Source: Macrostomum lignano
Lineage: Eukaryota
Assembly (NCBI GenBank): GCA_002269645.1
Contig: NIVC01000869.1
Coordinates: forward strand, 124,001-188,000
Length of the DNA: 64,000 bases
Direction of reading: 5' to 3'
In this document: piece by piece, positions 24,301-36,407 of the stretch
Layout of the letters: each line of letters opens with the position of its first letter
Position numbering within the stretch: the stretch's first letter is position 1
Notes under the pieces: generated by a model
The model's database searches: none
The model's input: only the letters and a program-made list of their open reading frames with translations
What the model was told of the DNA's origin: nothing
Translations under genes and position numbers: made by a program

Positions 24301-27300
24301 CTTGAGAATGGGCGATGCTTGAGAATGGTTTAGGGGCGACTCTTGAGAATGGTTTAGGGGTGACTCTTGAGAATGGTTCAGGGGCGACTCTTGAGAATGG
24401 TTTAGGGGTGACTCTTGAGAATGGGCGATGCTTGAGAATGGTTTAGGGGTGACTCTTGAGAATGGGCGATGCTTGAGAATGGTTTAGGGGTGACTCTTGA
24501 GAATGGTTTAGGGGCGACTCTTGAGAATGGTTTAGGGGTGACTCTTGAGAATGGTTCAGGGGTGACTCTTGAGAATGGTTCAGGGTGACTCTTGAGAATG
24601 GTTCAGGGGTGACTCTTGAGAATGGTTCAGGGGTGACTCTTGAGAATGGTTCAGGGGTGACTCTTGAGAAAGGTTTAGGGTGACTTTTGAGAATGTTTCA
24701 GGGGTGACTCTTGAGAATGGGCGATGCTTGAGAATGGTTTAGGGGCGACTCTTGAGAATGGTTCAGGGGTGACTCTTGAGAATGGTTTAGGGGTGACTCT
24801 TGAGAATGGGCGATGCTTGAGAATGGTTCAGGGGTGACTCTTGAGAATGGTTTAGGGGTGACTCTTGAGAATGGGCGATGCTTGAGAATGGTTCAGGGGT
24901 GACTCTTGAGAATGGTTCAGGGGTAACTCTTGAGAATGGTTCAGGGGTGACTCTTGAGAATGGTTCAGGGGTGACTCTTGAGAATGGTTTAGGGGTGACT
25001 CTTGAGAATGGGCGATGCTTGAGAATGGTTCAGGGGTGACTCTTGAGAATGGTTTAGGGGTGACTCTTGAGAATGGGCGATGCTTGAGAATGGTTCAGGG
25101 GTGACTCTTGAGAATGGTTTAGGGGTGACTCTTGAGAATGGTTCAGGGGTGACTCTTGAGAATGGTTCAGGGGTGACTCTTGAGAATGGTTCAGGGGTGA
25201 CTCTTGAGAATGGTTCAGGGGTGACTCTTGAGAATGGTTTAGGGGTGACTCTTGAGAATGGGCGATGCTTGAGAATGGTTCAGGGGTGACTCTTGAGAAT
25301 GGTTTAGGGGTGACTCTTGAGAATGGGCGATGCTTGAGAATGGTTCAGGGGTGACTCTTGAGAATGGTTCAGGGGTGACTCTTGAGAATGGTTCAGGGGT
25401 GACTCTTGAGAATGGTTCAGGGGTGACTCTTGAGAATGTTTCAGGGGTGACTCTTGAGAATGGGCGATGCTTGAGAATGGTTTAGGGGTGACTCTTGAGA
25501 ATGGGCGATGCTTGAGAATGGTTTAGGGGTGACTCTTGAGAATGGGCGATGCTTGAGAATGGTTTAGGGGTGACTCTTGAGAATGGTTTAGGGGTGACTC
25601 TTGAGAATGGTTCAGGGGTGACTCTTGAGAATGGTTCAGGGGTGACTCTTGAGAATGGTTCAGGGGTGACTCTTGAGAATGGTTTAGGGGTGACTCTTGA
25701 GAATGGTTCAGGGGTGACTCTTGAGAATGGTTCAGGGGTGACTCTTGAGAATGGTTTAGGGGTGACTCTTGAGAATGGTTTAGGGGTGACTCTTGAGAAT
25801 GGTTCAGGGGTGACTCTTGAGAATGGTTTAGGGGTGACTCTTGAGAATGGTTCAGGGGTGACTCTTGAGAATGGTTCAGGGGTGACTCTTGAGAATGGTT
25901 TAGGGGTGACTCTTGAGAATGGTTTAGGGGTGACTCTTGAGAATGGTTTAGGGGTGACTCTTGAGAATGGGCGATGCTTGAGAATGGTTTAGGGGCGACT
26001 CTTGAGAATGGTTTAGGGGCGACTCTTGAGAATGGTTCAGGGGCGACTCTTGAGAATGGTTTAGGGGTGACTCTTGAGAATGGGCGATGCTTGAGAATGG
26101 TTTAGGGGCGACTCTTGAGAATGGTTTAGGGGTGACTCTTGAGAATGGTTCAGGGGCGACTCTTGAGAATGGTTTAGGGGTGACTCTTGAGAATGGTTTA
26201 GGGGTGACTCTTGAGAATGGGCGATGCTTGAGAATGGTTTAGGGGTGACTCTTGAGAATGGGCGATGCTTGAGAATGGTTTAGGGGTGACTCTTGAGAAT
26301 GGTTTAGGGGCGACTCTTGAGAATGGTTTAGGGGTGACTCTTGAGAATGGTTCAGGGGTGACTCTTGAGAATGGTTCAGGGGTGACTCTTGAGAATGGTT
26401 CAGGGGTGACTCTTGAGAATGGTTCAGGGGTGACTCTTGAGAATGGTTCAGGGGTGACTCTTGAGAAAGGTTTAGGGGTGACTTTTGAGAATGTTTCAGG
26501 GTGACTCTTGAGAATGGGCGATGCTTGAGAATGGTTTAGGGGCGACTCTTGAGAATGGTTCAGGGGTGACTCTTGAGAATGGTTTAGGGGTGACTCTTGA
26601 GAATGGGCGATGCTTGAGAATGGTTTAGGGGCGACTCTTGAGAATGGTTTAGGGGCGACTCTTGAGAATGGTTCAGGGGCGACTCTTGAGAATGGTTTAG
26701 GGGTGACTCTTGAGAATGGTTTAGGGGTGACTCTTGAGAATGGGCGATGCTTGAGAATGGTTTAGGGGCGACTCTTGAGAATGGTTCAGGGGTGACTCTT
26801 GAGAATGGTTCAGGGGCGACTCTTGAGAATGGTTCAGGGGTGACTCTTGAGAATGGTTTAGGGGTGACTCTTGAGAATGGGCGATGCTTGAGAATGGTTT
26901 AGGGGCGACTCTTGAGAATGGTTTAGGGGTGACTCTTGAGAATGGTTCAGGGGCGACTCTTGAGAATGGTTCAGGGGTGACTCTTGAGAATGGTTCAGGG
27001 TGACTCTTGAGAATGGTTTAGGGGTGACTCTTGAGAATGGTTCAGGGGTGACTCTTGAGAATGGTTCAGGGGTGACTCTTGAGAATGGGCGATGCTTGAG
27101 AATGATTTAGGGGCGACTCTTGAGAATGGTTTAGGGGCGACTCTTGAGAATGGTTCAGGGGTGACTCTTGAGAAAGGTTTAGGGGTGACTTTTGAGAATG
27201 TTTCAGGGGTGACTCTTGAGAATGGGCGATGCTTGAGAATGGTTTAGGGGCGACTCTTGAGAATGGTTCAGGGGTGACTCTTGAGAATGGTTTAGGGGTG

Positions 27301-28757
27301 ACTCTTGAGAATGGGCGATGCTTGAGAATGGTTTAGGGGCGACTCTTGAGAATGGTTTAGGGGCGACTCTTGAGAATGGTTCAGGGGCGACTCTTGAGAA
27401 TGGTTTAGGGGTGACTCTTGAGAATGGTTTAGGGGTGACTCTTGAGAATGGTTTAGGGGTGACTCTTGAGAATGGTTTAGGGGTGACTCTTGAGAATGGT
27501 TCAGGGGTGACTCTTGAGAATGGTTTAGGGGTGACTCTTGAGAATGGTTCAGGGGTGACTCTTGAGAATGGTTCAGGGGTGACTCTTGAGAATGGTTTAG
27601 GGGTGACTCTTGAGAATGGTTCAGGGGTGACTCTTGAGAATGGTTCAGGGGTGACTCTTGAGAATGGGCGATGCTTGAGAATGATTTAGGGGCGACTCTT
27701 GAGAATGGTTTAGGGGCGACTCTTGAGAATGGTTCAGGGGCGACTCTTGAGAATGGTTTAGGGGTGACTCTTGAGAATGGTTCAGGGGCGACTCTTGAGA
27801 ATGGTTCAGGGGCGACTCTTGAGAATGGTTTAGGGGTGACTCTTGAGAATGGTTTAGGGGTGACTCTTGAGAATGGGCGATGCTTGAGAATGGTTTAGGG
27901 GTGACTCTTGAGAATGGGCGATGCTTGAGAATGGTTTAGGGGTGACTCTTGAGAATGGTTTAGGGGCGACTCTTGAGAATGGTTCAGGGGTGACTCTTGA
28001 GAATGGTTTAGGGGTGACTCTTGAGAAAGGTTTAGGGAAAGGTTTTAGAGGCGATGCTTGAGAATGGTTTAGAGGCGATGCTTGAGAATAATCAAATAGT
28101 CGAAGCAATTTTTGCGAATGCTTTGAGGTGGCTTGTGAGTGGTTAGCTTGCTGCTCAAGCAAAGGTGAGCCTTGCAAACTATACTGCCAATTAGGGCTTA
28201 TGGAATTGAAGGACTTATTGAGTCACCTGGCACTTGAGCAGGTAGGCCCGGTCCCTCTCAAGCTCCGCCTGTCTGGCAGCCATGAGGCTCCGCAGCCGGG
28301 AGTTCAGGCTCTCAAAGTGGGCCAGGCGGGAGGCGGTCTGTCCAGAAAAAGCTACATCACCCAGCGTAGTTGCCATGGCAACTGCTGAGGGAGGTGGCAG
28401 CGACCGAGTCATGATGGAGTCGGCGCAAGTCGGGCTGCTGAACGCAAAGCCCTGAGGCTGTTGCTTCTGCTGCTGGCGCCTGAGGCTGCCCCGGCTGTCG
28501 AGAAAGGAGACTGGCGCCTCGGTTGGCACGAAGCGCGTGGGGCGGGGCTGCGCGTAGCGGGTGATTCGGTCCAGCGACCGGCTCTGCATTCTCGGCTGGG
28601 GCTGCGGCGGCTGGTGGTTGGTGTGCAGAAATTCGTCCAGGCGGGAGGCTCGGCCGTTCACAGCGGGGGATCGCAGCAGCGACTGGAGAGTCTCAGCTGC
28701 GGCAGCTCCGCCGCTTGAGCCTGCCGGATGCTGAGGTGGCGTTGATGACGAGAAGGT
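15387..28757 (-). CDS. DLGAP: Upstream low-complexity exons of the same DLGAP-family gene (partly resolved)
   Basis: Exon 28757-28227 (CATTAG| ... LLKCQ|GTGACT) joins in phase 0 to 18128-17550 (AAATAG|VSNESV..., needs +1 G at the run 17921-17924). Further exons at about 17440-17108, 16602/16559 to about 16190, and 15625-15387 (AAG|GTTGGT, phase 0 into 14847). Middle junctions unresolved. Confidence 0.55.
15727..16190. repeat. 30-bp minisatellite, about 15 copies (DLGAP intron)
   Basis: Unit GATTCTAAACTCTCACCCCRYGAGATAGGA. Confidence 0.96.
16557..17100. repeat. 42/43-bp minisatellite, about 13 copies, each with TTTCAG| acceptor on the DLGAP sense strand
   Basis: Minus-strand unit TCTGTGTTGSTACTGCTGTTGTCAGTGAATTTGAAA(A)TTTCAG. 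Confidence 0.96.
18635..28089. repeat. 9.45-kb satellite of 24-bp units (CTTGAGAATGGTTYAGGGGYGACT) mixed with 17-bp units (CTTGAGAATGGGCGATG), with higher-order block duplications
   Basis: Visible directly; identical translated blocks at 19220, 23777 and 25549 (147 aa) and at 19912 and 22278 (91 aa). Lies inside DLGAP intron 18129-28226. Confidence 0.98.
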
Positions 28758-30734
28758 CTAATGACAGTTTTATTATATACAGAACAAACTTCTGAATTAA
28801 TGTAGGCTTTATCGTAGATAATTCCGCACTTGTAAATCTTAGAGTTTAGCTTTATATGGGTAGCATATGGTTAAAATGTGCCCAAATATTAATAAGTCAA
28901 AAAGCATTTAATGATATAATTAAGCATTACACATGATGATATAGCTTTTGCTATTGGGTTAGCCAAGCTCTAGTCTGCAATCTAGATATGGCACACTAAA
29001 ACATTTTGCCTAGCCCCCTAATAACAGAAAAACTTATTAGGGCCGGAGTATCAACTTGGAAGTATGTTGAAACTTATAATATTTGTTTGCATTAGTATAT
29101 TATTTTTTATGCTGTGAACAGTTGTTAATTCAAAAATCAAAACTTAAATCTTAATTTCTTTTCCCACGTCGAATCATAATTTAGCCATGACATATGCAAA
29201 CAAACTTTTTACCCTCAATGAAAAAACTTTTTCAATGATTTGAATGATTTGAAAATTCCTGACATAAAAAACTTTTGTACTATCAGCAATACATGAAGAA
29301 AATTTTGCAACATGGCTATAATAGCAACAAAATATCAATAATTAAAATGTGCTAGGCTTTAAAACAAGTAGAAAGTGGATTATTTTTTGTCACATTGCTT
29401 CACAAAACACTTATGCCAAGTTTAAATTATTTCAGTTATCAAAATGCCAATGTAAAAGTACTAAGGTTGCTAAGAAATTTTTAATCAACTTTTATTCTTT
29501 CAATTATTTATTAGGAAAATCAATACTATGCAAATCATTTCTTTGCAAATTCAGTAAAAAATAATAATAACATATTAACATTAAGATTAACATTCTTAAT
29601 AAATGTATGATAATATAAATTTATTAAGAATACTGAGATTTTATGGAAATTTTTACATTTTTGAAATGAATACATTAAAAAGCAAGATGCTCAATACTTT
29701 CGAAAAAAACTTGGATAAGATCTTTGATTTAGTAAAACCAAATAGCCTAAGTTAATAAACATATATTAAACCCTTAATAGAAATAAGCTAAAACTTCCCT
29801 CTCGTATTTTTCATCACATAATATTGAGCTTATACTCAGCATAAAACAATTTCATTGATAACTAATACAGTGATACTTCTTCCTTGAGCTAATACTAATA
29901 GGATGCATCATTTCTTGTAATTTCAAGTCAATGCAAATTTCCGCAATTTCTAATGTTTTCGTGTCAAGCATAAAAACAAATACAGTCATGCTAAATCAGT
30001 AGTTTTTTGCCACCAATAGTTACTTTTCCTGAAAAAAATGAATGCGTTTCTTTAAGTAGTCGAAACTGTTTAATTAAGTTATCCGAAAAAAGTGTTATTG
30101 TCGTCGTCAAATTTCACCATATAGTAAAAAATTATATTATATTTTAACAACAAGCTGTAAGACGCGCGCATTAACTCGTGTTGTGCGCTCCTTTTCTGTA
30201 GACCTAATCGGTTCCTAACGTTGTAGGCTGCGGAAAAAGTTATAGCTTGTTTTTATGTTTTTAGTCATAGTTTAGCTTTTCGGCAGACTTTGAACTAACT
30301 ATTGCTAGGCTAGGCCTATCAACTGATATTACAGTATTTACTATATTTTATATTTATTGTAATTATAATCTGTTAAGAAGCACTTGCGTTTTACTGTTAG
30401 GCCTAGGCCCTAGCCCTAGCCTAGTTCCAGTTAAACAGCTTAATTCCTCAATATGCTTTAAATTTTGATAGCTCTTTCACAATTCATTATACAAACTTGT
30501 ACAACTAAGGGCGTAAGGCCTAGCTAATCTACCTTTACTGTAACTGTGACTATGTTAACAATTAGGCCTATATTATAATAGTGGACTTAGTGCAATACAT
30601 TATTAGGCTTCGCTTTGGCATTATATTTACATTTCATTTGAAATCAAACTACAGATTCTATACAAGGATACAAGTTTCAAATTTAATATAGTGACAAAAA
30701 ATTGTATACAGTAAACTTAAAACAAAAATCAAAT

Positions 30735-33700
30735 ATGATACATAGCATCTTTCTTATCAACAATTCTGGGTAAGTTTAAAATTGTTTGTTTTTATATATT
30801 GCTTTTATTTAATGGTTTACAAAAGCTAAAGAAAAAAGTTAATGAATAATATTCTTTTAGCAGGTCTATAAGTCAACATAAAGTATATATATAAAAATAG
30901 TATAGCTTTAATTGATTTAGTAATAGAGTAAATATTCTTTTTAGTTATGCCTAGTATTAGTAGCAATTAATTATCAGTCCCTTAAGTCCACATTATACTA
31001 CTATAGTCTATAAAACTTGTCTATAAATTATAATATAATAGTATAATCTTACTATATCAGCTTAAGCTAGAAGTAGTTATTTTAAATATTAATTTTTTAA
31101 GCTTCTTTTCTGTCAAATTGATTTTACACTTAAGCATAGGCCTTTTAAAATCAAAATTTAGGTTGTTAGGTTGTTTTTGTAATATCTTTGTAATAGCTTT
31201 GTATCTGCTTCCAATAAAAAGCTATCACTACATAAAAGTGAAAAAGTGATGAAAAGTTTCTATCTCACTAGTGCATTTCTCCATGAAAATCAGCCTTAAA
31301 TAAATTTTCCAAGATATGAAGTATCTCATCTTCTTCTAGTGGTCCTTGAATATAACACAGATGAAACTAGCCTTCTTGGACCTCATCACTTAATGAGCCA
31401 TAACTCAGCAATGGAATGACCTAGAGAAGCTATTCAACACTCAGCTGAAGTATTGAATGCTGCTCTTTAAGCTGAATTTTAATTTGATCCATTTCAATGT
31501 GGTGGAAAGAAGTTATGCACAAACAATCACTATGCCAGCAAACAGCCCTTTTATTATAAAATGAACCCTAATTATTCCTGATAATTTGTTGTTTCTTAAC
31601 TTTTAGAGACATTTTCCTTGAGAAGCACTACAAAAGTGTCATCCCAAAGACTGTCTGCGACTATTTCTTTGATGAAGTTGCCAAGGTAAATTATTTTTGC
31701 TTGATTGTTTAATGCTATCAATATAATGTCCCACATACTGCTGCTAATGACTGCCACACCTGCAGGCATCATCGCCAGAGAATGTGCAGCCAGTTATCCA
31801 GACTCCCAACCACATCATCATCAGTGTCTACCGCGCCCAGATTCACTTTGTTGCCGTGTGCCGCAGTGAGGTGCCACCCCTGTTTGTCATCGAATTCCTG
31901 CACCGCGTCGCCGACATTGTCAAGGATTACTTTGAGGACGTCACGGAGACCATCATCAAGGATAATGTGGTGCTTGTGTACGAGGTGAGTTTGAGGAAAT
32001 CGAAATGGAACTTGTTACTGCTTACTCTGGTGACTGCTACTGGTCATTTTTATGCTGCTCAATGCCATTGACTAAGCTACACTGGGTCGGCCCGGTCATT
32101 AATTATAATGATTGTCGTTATTGTTCTGCTGTCTCTGGTCATTGTGTATTTTTGTGTCCGGTAATTATGGATGTTGTCTGTTCATTACGTATATTCTGTG
32201 TGGTCATTATGGATGCTGTGTCTGGTAACTATGTATGATGGTCTGGTCATTATGAATGCTGCGTCAGTGCGTCTGGTCATTGTGTATGATGTGTTTGGTC
32301 ATTATGGATGTTGTGTCTGGTAATTATGGATGCTGTGTGGTAATTATGTATGCTGTGTCTGGTAACTATGTATGATGTGTCTGGTCATTATGGATGCTGT
32401 GTCTGGTAACTATGTATGATGTGTCTGGTCATTATGGATGCTGCGTCTGGTCATTATGTATGCTGTGTCTGGTAACTATGTATGATGTGTCTGGTCATTA
32501 TGTATGCTGTGTCTGGTAACTATGTATGATGTGTCTGGTCATTATGGATGCTGTGTCTGGTAACTATGTATGATGTGTCTGGTCATTATGGATGCTGCGT
32601 CTGGTCATTATGTATGCTGTGTCTGGTCATTATGGATGCTGTGTCTGGTCATTACGGATGCTGTGTCTGGTCATTGTCCCTGGTATGCTGCAGACTCACT
32701 GCAGCTCGCGCCACATTTCACTCTCGACAATTGATTCCGGCACCACCCCCAGCTGCTAGACGAGATGCTGGACAACGGGTTCCCCCTGGCCACGGAGCCC
32801 AACATCCTCAAGGAGCTGATCCGGCCGCCCACCCTGTTCCGCACGATCACGGACGCCATGAGCGGCAAGAACACGAACGTGTCCGCCAGCCTGCCCACCG
32901 GCCAGCTGTCCAACATCCCCTGGCGCCGCATCGGGGTCCGCTACGCCAACAACGAGGCCTACTTTGACGTGATCGAGGAGCTGGACGCCATCGTGGACCG
33001 GTCTGGCAACGTGGTCATGTCCGACGTGGCCGGCCGCATCGACTGCCTCATCAAGCTGTCCGGCATGCCCGACCTCACCCTGACCTTCGTCAACTCCCGC
33101 CTGCTGGAGGACGTCAGCCTGCATCCATGCATTCGATTTCGCAGATTTGACAACGACCGGGCGCTGAGCTTCATCCCGCCTGATGGCAGCTTCCGGCTGA
33201 TGTCCTACCGGGCTGGGGGCGGCGGCGGCGGCCACGGACAGATGATCCCGCTGACCCTGCGGCACACCATCCAGTTCAGGGAGGCGGCCAGCCGCTTGGA
33301 GATCAGCCTATCACCGAGGCCCGTCTCTGGCAAGGTGGGTCTTTGTCCAAGTGTCTTCAACCAGCTTGTACTGGTATTTGTAATCGTATAACTTAACGAG
33401 CAATAACCGTCTCCAGCTTGTTTCTAAGTTTCTATTTTGGGCTCGGTCCTCACGAAACACTATAGAAAAAACTGCCAGCTCGATAACTTTATATACGACT
33501 ACAACTACTATTTACAGCACTTTCGGGATACTCTACTTGTAGTAACAATAGCAAACTATTATAAATAGAAGTATATAAGGAAAATATGTTAACAGTAACG
33601 AAAAAGAAAATATATTGAACACTTTTGATAAAAAAACTATTAATTAAATATTAACGCAGGTAGTAGACGAAGTTGCGGTTCAGGTGACCTTTCCCCGGTC

Positions 33701-36407
33701 TGTCACCAACGTGAGCTTGACGCCCAGCGTCGGTAAGTACACCTTTGACTCGGCCAGCCGCACTCTCACCTGGAATGTGGGCAAACTGGAGCCCCAGAAA
33801 TTCCCCAGCATTAAGGGACCGGTGAGCACAGGGAGAAGTTCGTATTTGGATTTTTCCTCGTAGTTATGTTTCGCAGCCCCATAACTCACCAGAGTCTGTA
33901 TTTCAACAGATCATTCTGCAAACCGGAGCCCCTGTGCCGGACTGTAATCCCACCATCCTGGTGAACTTCTCCATCTCAGGCTGGACAGTGTCCGGCCTCA
34001 GAGTCAACCGGCTGGATCTCATGGGAGAGGTGAGACGCGTTTGCTCATCCTCAGTTTCCGTCTGCGATTGTTAGTTCACCCTAAACCATAGCGTGTTCAT
34101 TGTGTACCTCACCTCACTCACCTCATTGGTCAGCCTATTGTGTGCACTGCCTGTCTGACCCCAAGCTCTTATTTGATTGGCTGACAAGCTGTAACCACAC
34201 GTGGCCTCTTATTGATTTGCCGTTGCCTCCGACTAACCTCCACTTGCCTCCGATATGTGCCCCGTGTTCTCTCATTGGCTGGTTTTTTCTGTTTTAGAAA
34301 AAGGCACTACTTCAGAAAAATATCATGGCAAGCTGAAAATCTTTTTCTTCCTTGTTTTTTCCCCTCATTGGTGTTGGTTTTTTACGCAGTAAAATTGAGA
34401 TTTGTTGAGTCGAATCGAATCGAATGTACTCGTACTTTTGACTTTTAATCGCCTAGACATTTCTCGGACTTCTTGAACTTTAGGTCAATATAAAATAGTT
34501 GCAGTTTCGATATAGGACCGGTGGGGGGTCCTAGGGCGAAGTTGCAATGAAGCGAAGCTTAAATTGAAAATTCAGCAAGTTATCAAATACCTATAGAATT
34601 ATAATCCCATCAAAACTAGTTGATATCAGCAGCTGTAGTTACCTTCAAAATGGAGACAACGCAGATTAGTAGAAATGAGTATAGGTAAACAAGTTAAAGT
34701 ACAAGTAAAGAATGTGTACGTCTAGTAGTCACAACGATAAAAGAACGACAGCGAATCAAAAAGTGGTAGGTGAGGGGCAGGTGGCGAACCGTAGGTCAAC
34801 ATTTTTAAAAAACACTAAACTGACGTGACACTGTCGCTGCACTATAACAAATTATGTCAATAAAGCTTAGAATAGACACTCTGTTTATCGGAAGTAATAT
34901 TCGAATCCTCTAGATTTTGTTTTAGAATAAATTCATCAAAATTTGGAAAAATCTGAAGAGTTGATTCGGGAGGTGATCAGTCTCCCGAAAACTCCCACTT
35001 CCAGACACTTAAGCCTGGGAACAAAATAAAGTGATCACTTACTGTTGCGGGCTCCTCTTCTGTGTAGTGCAGGTTCTCCGAGCTCGTTTCTTCAAATCTT
35101 CTTCTTCTCCGGAGGAATCTTCTTGAAGTCTCGAATCGGCCGAATGAGAGCGTGACGATCAAATCAGGCGACGTCGCAGTATTTCTCGAATGCAAATCAA
35201 TATAGGCCTTAAGCTCAGTAATCAATATCAACGATGCGCCCTTGTAATAAAATCAACTTTCGGTAATAATCACGAGGACCTCCAAGAGGGGCGTCTTCTT
35301 CTAGATCTAACGGAATCGGAGTCGTGTGCTCCTATCGGTTAATCTAGGATAACCAAAATCAATCAATCGATAATCCTCTAAGGGTATCGGAATCGGTCCG
35401 CAGATCCTATCCAATCCCTTAGGAAAATGGGAGGCCTCAAATTCAATGAACTCAGTCCAAACGACTGGACAGTAGCGGCCGGCAATAAATCGCTCTCAAA
35501 AATCAATAACAAAGGCTCGAGCAACGGCTCACCAATTGGTTTATCTCTCTCTCTCAGAGATGTAGCCTCGCTTAGCTGTTCCAGCAAGCTCCAAGATCTT
35601 TAGAGGCTGCTCCGAGTCCCAAGATCTTTTGAGGCTGCTCCGAGTCTGAGATATTTAGCTCGGATTTTGGCTTGTATTTATAGGAAAAATTGTTGAGAAA
35701 CAGCTTATTTTTAGTAGGTGACAGTTTCGCGCTTTGGAAATTTGGCCCCTATGGAATACATTAGCTTTGAGCGTCAATACCATATTCGGAGTTCTAAATT
35801 TAAGTGTTGCAAAAGATGGTCATTTGTTGCTTTCGTGGTCTTTAAAAATAGAGTGTGACAATTTGCAGTTTTTACAACATTCAAGTTTTTCGCATTTTTA
35901 TGTTACTACTTATAGTAGTCTACTTTGTATCTTATTTGGAGATCTCTACAAATCTATACGTTTGAAAGTTGATTCTAAAAAAACTTCAATATTCAGACAT
36001 AGAATTCTCCAAAACTGTTTGCATCGAATTGTAACACATCGGAAAATCGGAAGTATTTTACGTACCTAAAGTTCAAGAAGTCCCATTTTCGAGGCCTTCC
36101 TATAACTCGTTTTAAACACTTAGAATTAATCTTTATATTGCCGCTATCCTCCCCTGGTCCTTCCCTCCCCTCCGCCCGGCCTGCTCTCTGCTGCTGGCGG
36201 TGCTTGGGCGCAATATTTTTCAGCGCATGCTTTTGGCATTTCTGCTTTTAAATTGCTGCAGACTGCGGTTTTGTTAGGCAATTGAGCGACATACAGAGGT
36301 TTCTCATCTCACCGTCTGCCTGCTCCACCGCCTCATTGCAGAAGTACAAGCCATTCAAGGGCGTCAAATACGTGACCAGGGCTGGAAAACTCGAGTTCAG
36401 GACCTGA
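30735..36407 (+). CDS. AP3M1: AP-3 adaptor complex medium (mu) subunit, about 420 aa, 7 exons
   Basis: Exons 30735-30769 (MIHSIFLINNSG), 31607-31685 (DIFLEKHYKSV), 31766-31984 (PPLFVIEFLHRV...KDNVVLVYE), 32753-33334 (LLDEMLDNGFPLATEPNILKELIRPP...WRRIGVRYANNEAYFDVIEE), 33660-33821, 33910-34029, 36342-36407 (KYKPFKGVKYVTRAG). All GT-AG phases consistent. Confidence 0.95.
32135..32675. repeat. 22-bp minisatellite with two alternating variants (AP3M intron 3)
   Basis: GGTCATTATGGATGCTGTGTCT / GGTAACTATGTATGATGTGTCT, degenerate at the 5' side. Confidence 0.92.
34954..35950 (-). mobile_element. Solo LTR (997 bp) in AP3M intron 6
   Basis: TGAAGAGTT...CTCTACA termini, 4-bp TSD AATC on both sides, TATA-like CTATAAATA on the minus strand at about 35675-35683; homologous blocks to 44582-45463. 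Confidence 0.82.

Noticed and set aside
18751-27898. Many LENGSGVT-repeat ORFs
   Set aside because: Translations of the 24-bp satellite; alternative start codons, frames broken by 17-bp units, and located antisense within an intron.
28219-28228. 8-nt complementarity between the DLGAP donor (GGTGACTC) and the satellite units in the same pre-mRNA
   Set aside because: An 8-mer match is too short to distinguish from chance.
34977-35587. Arg-rich and other short ORFs inside the solo LTR
   Set aside because: Purine-rich LTR sequence; the ORFs are not conserved in the second LTR copy.
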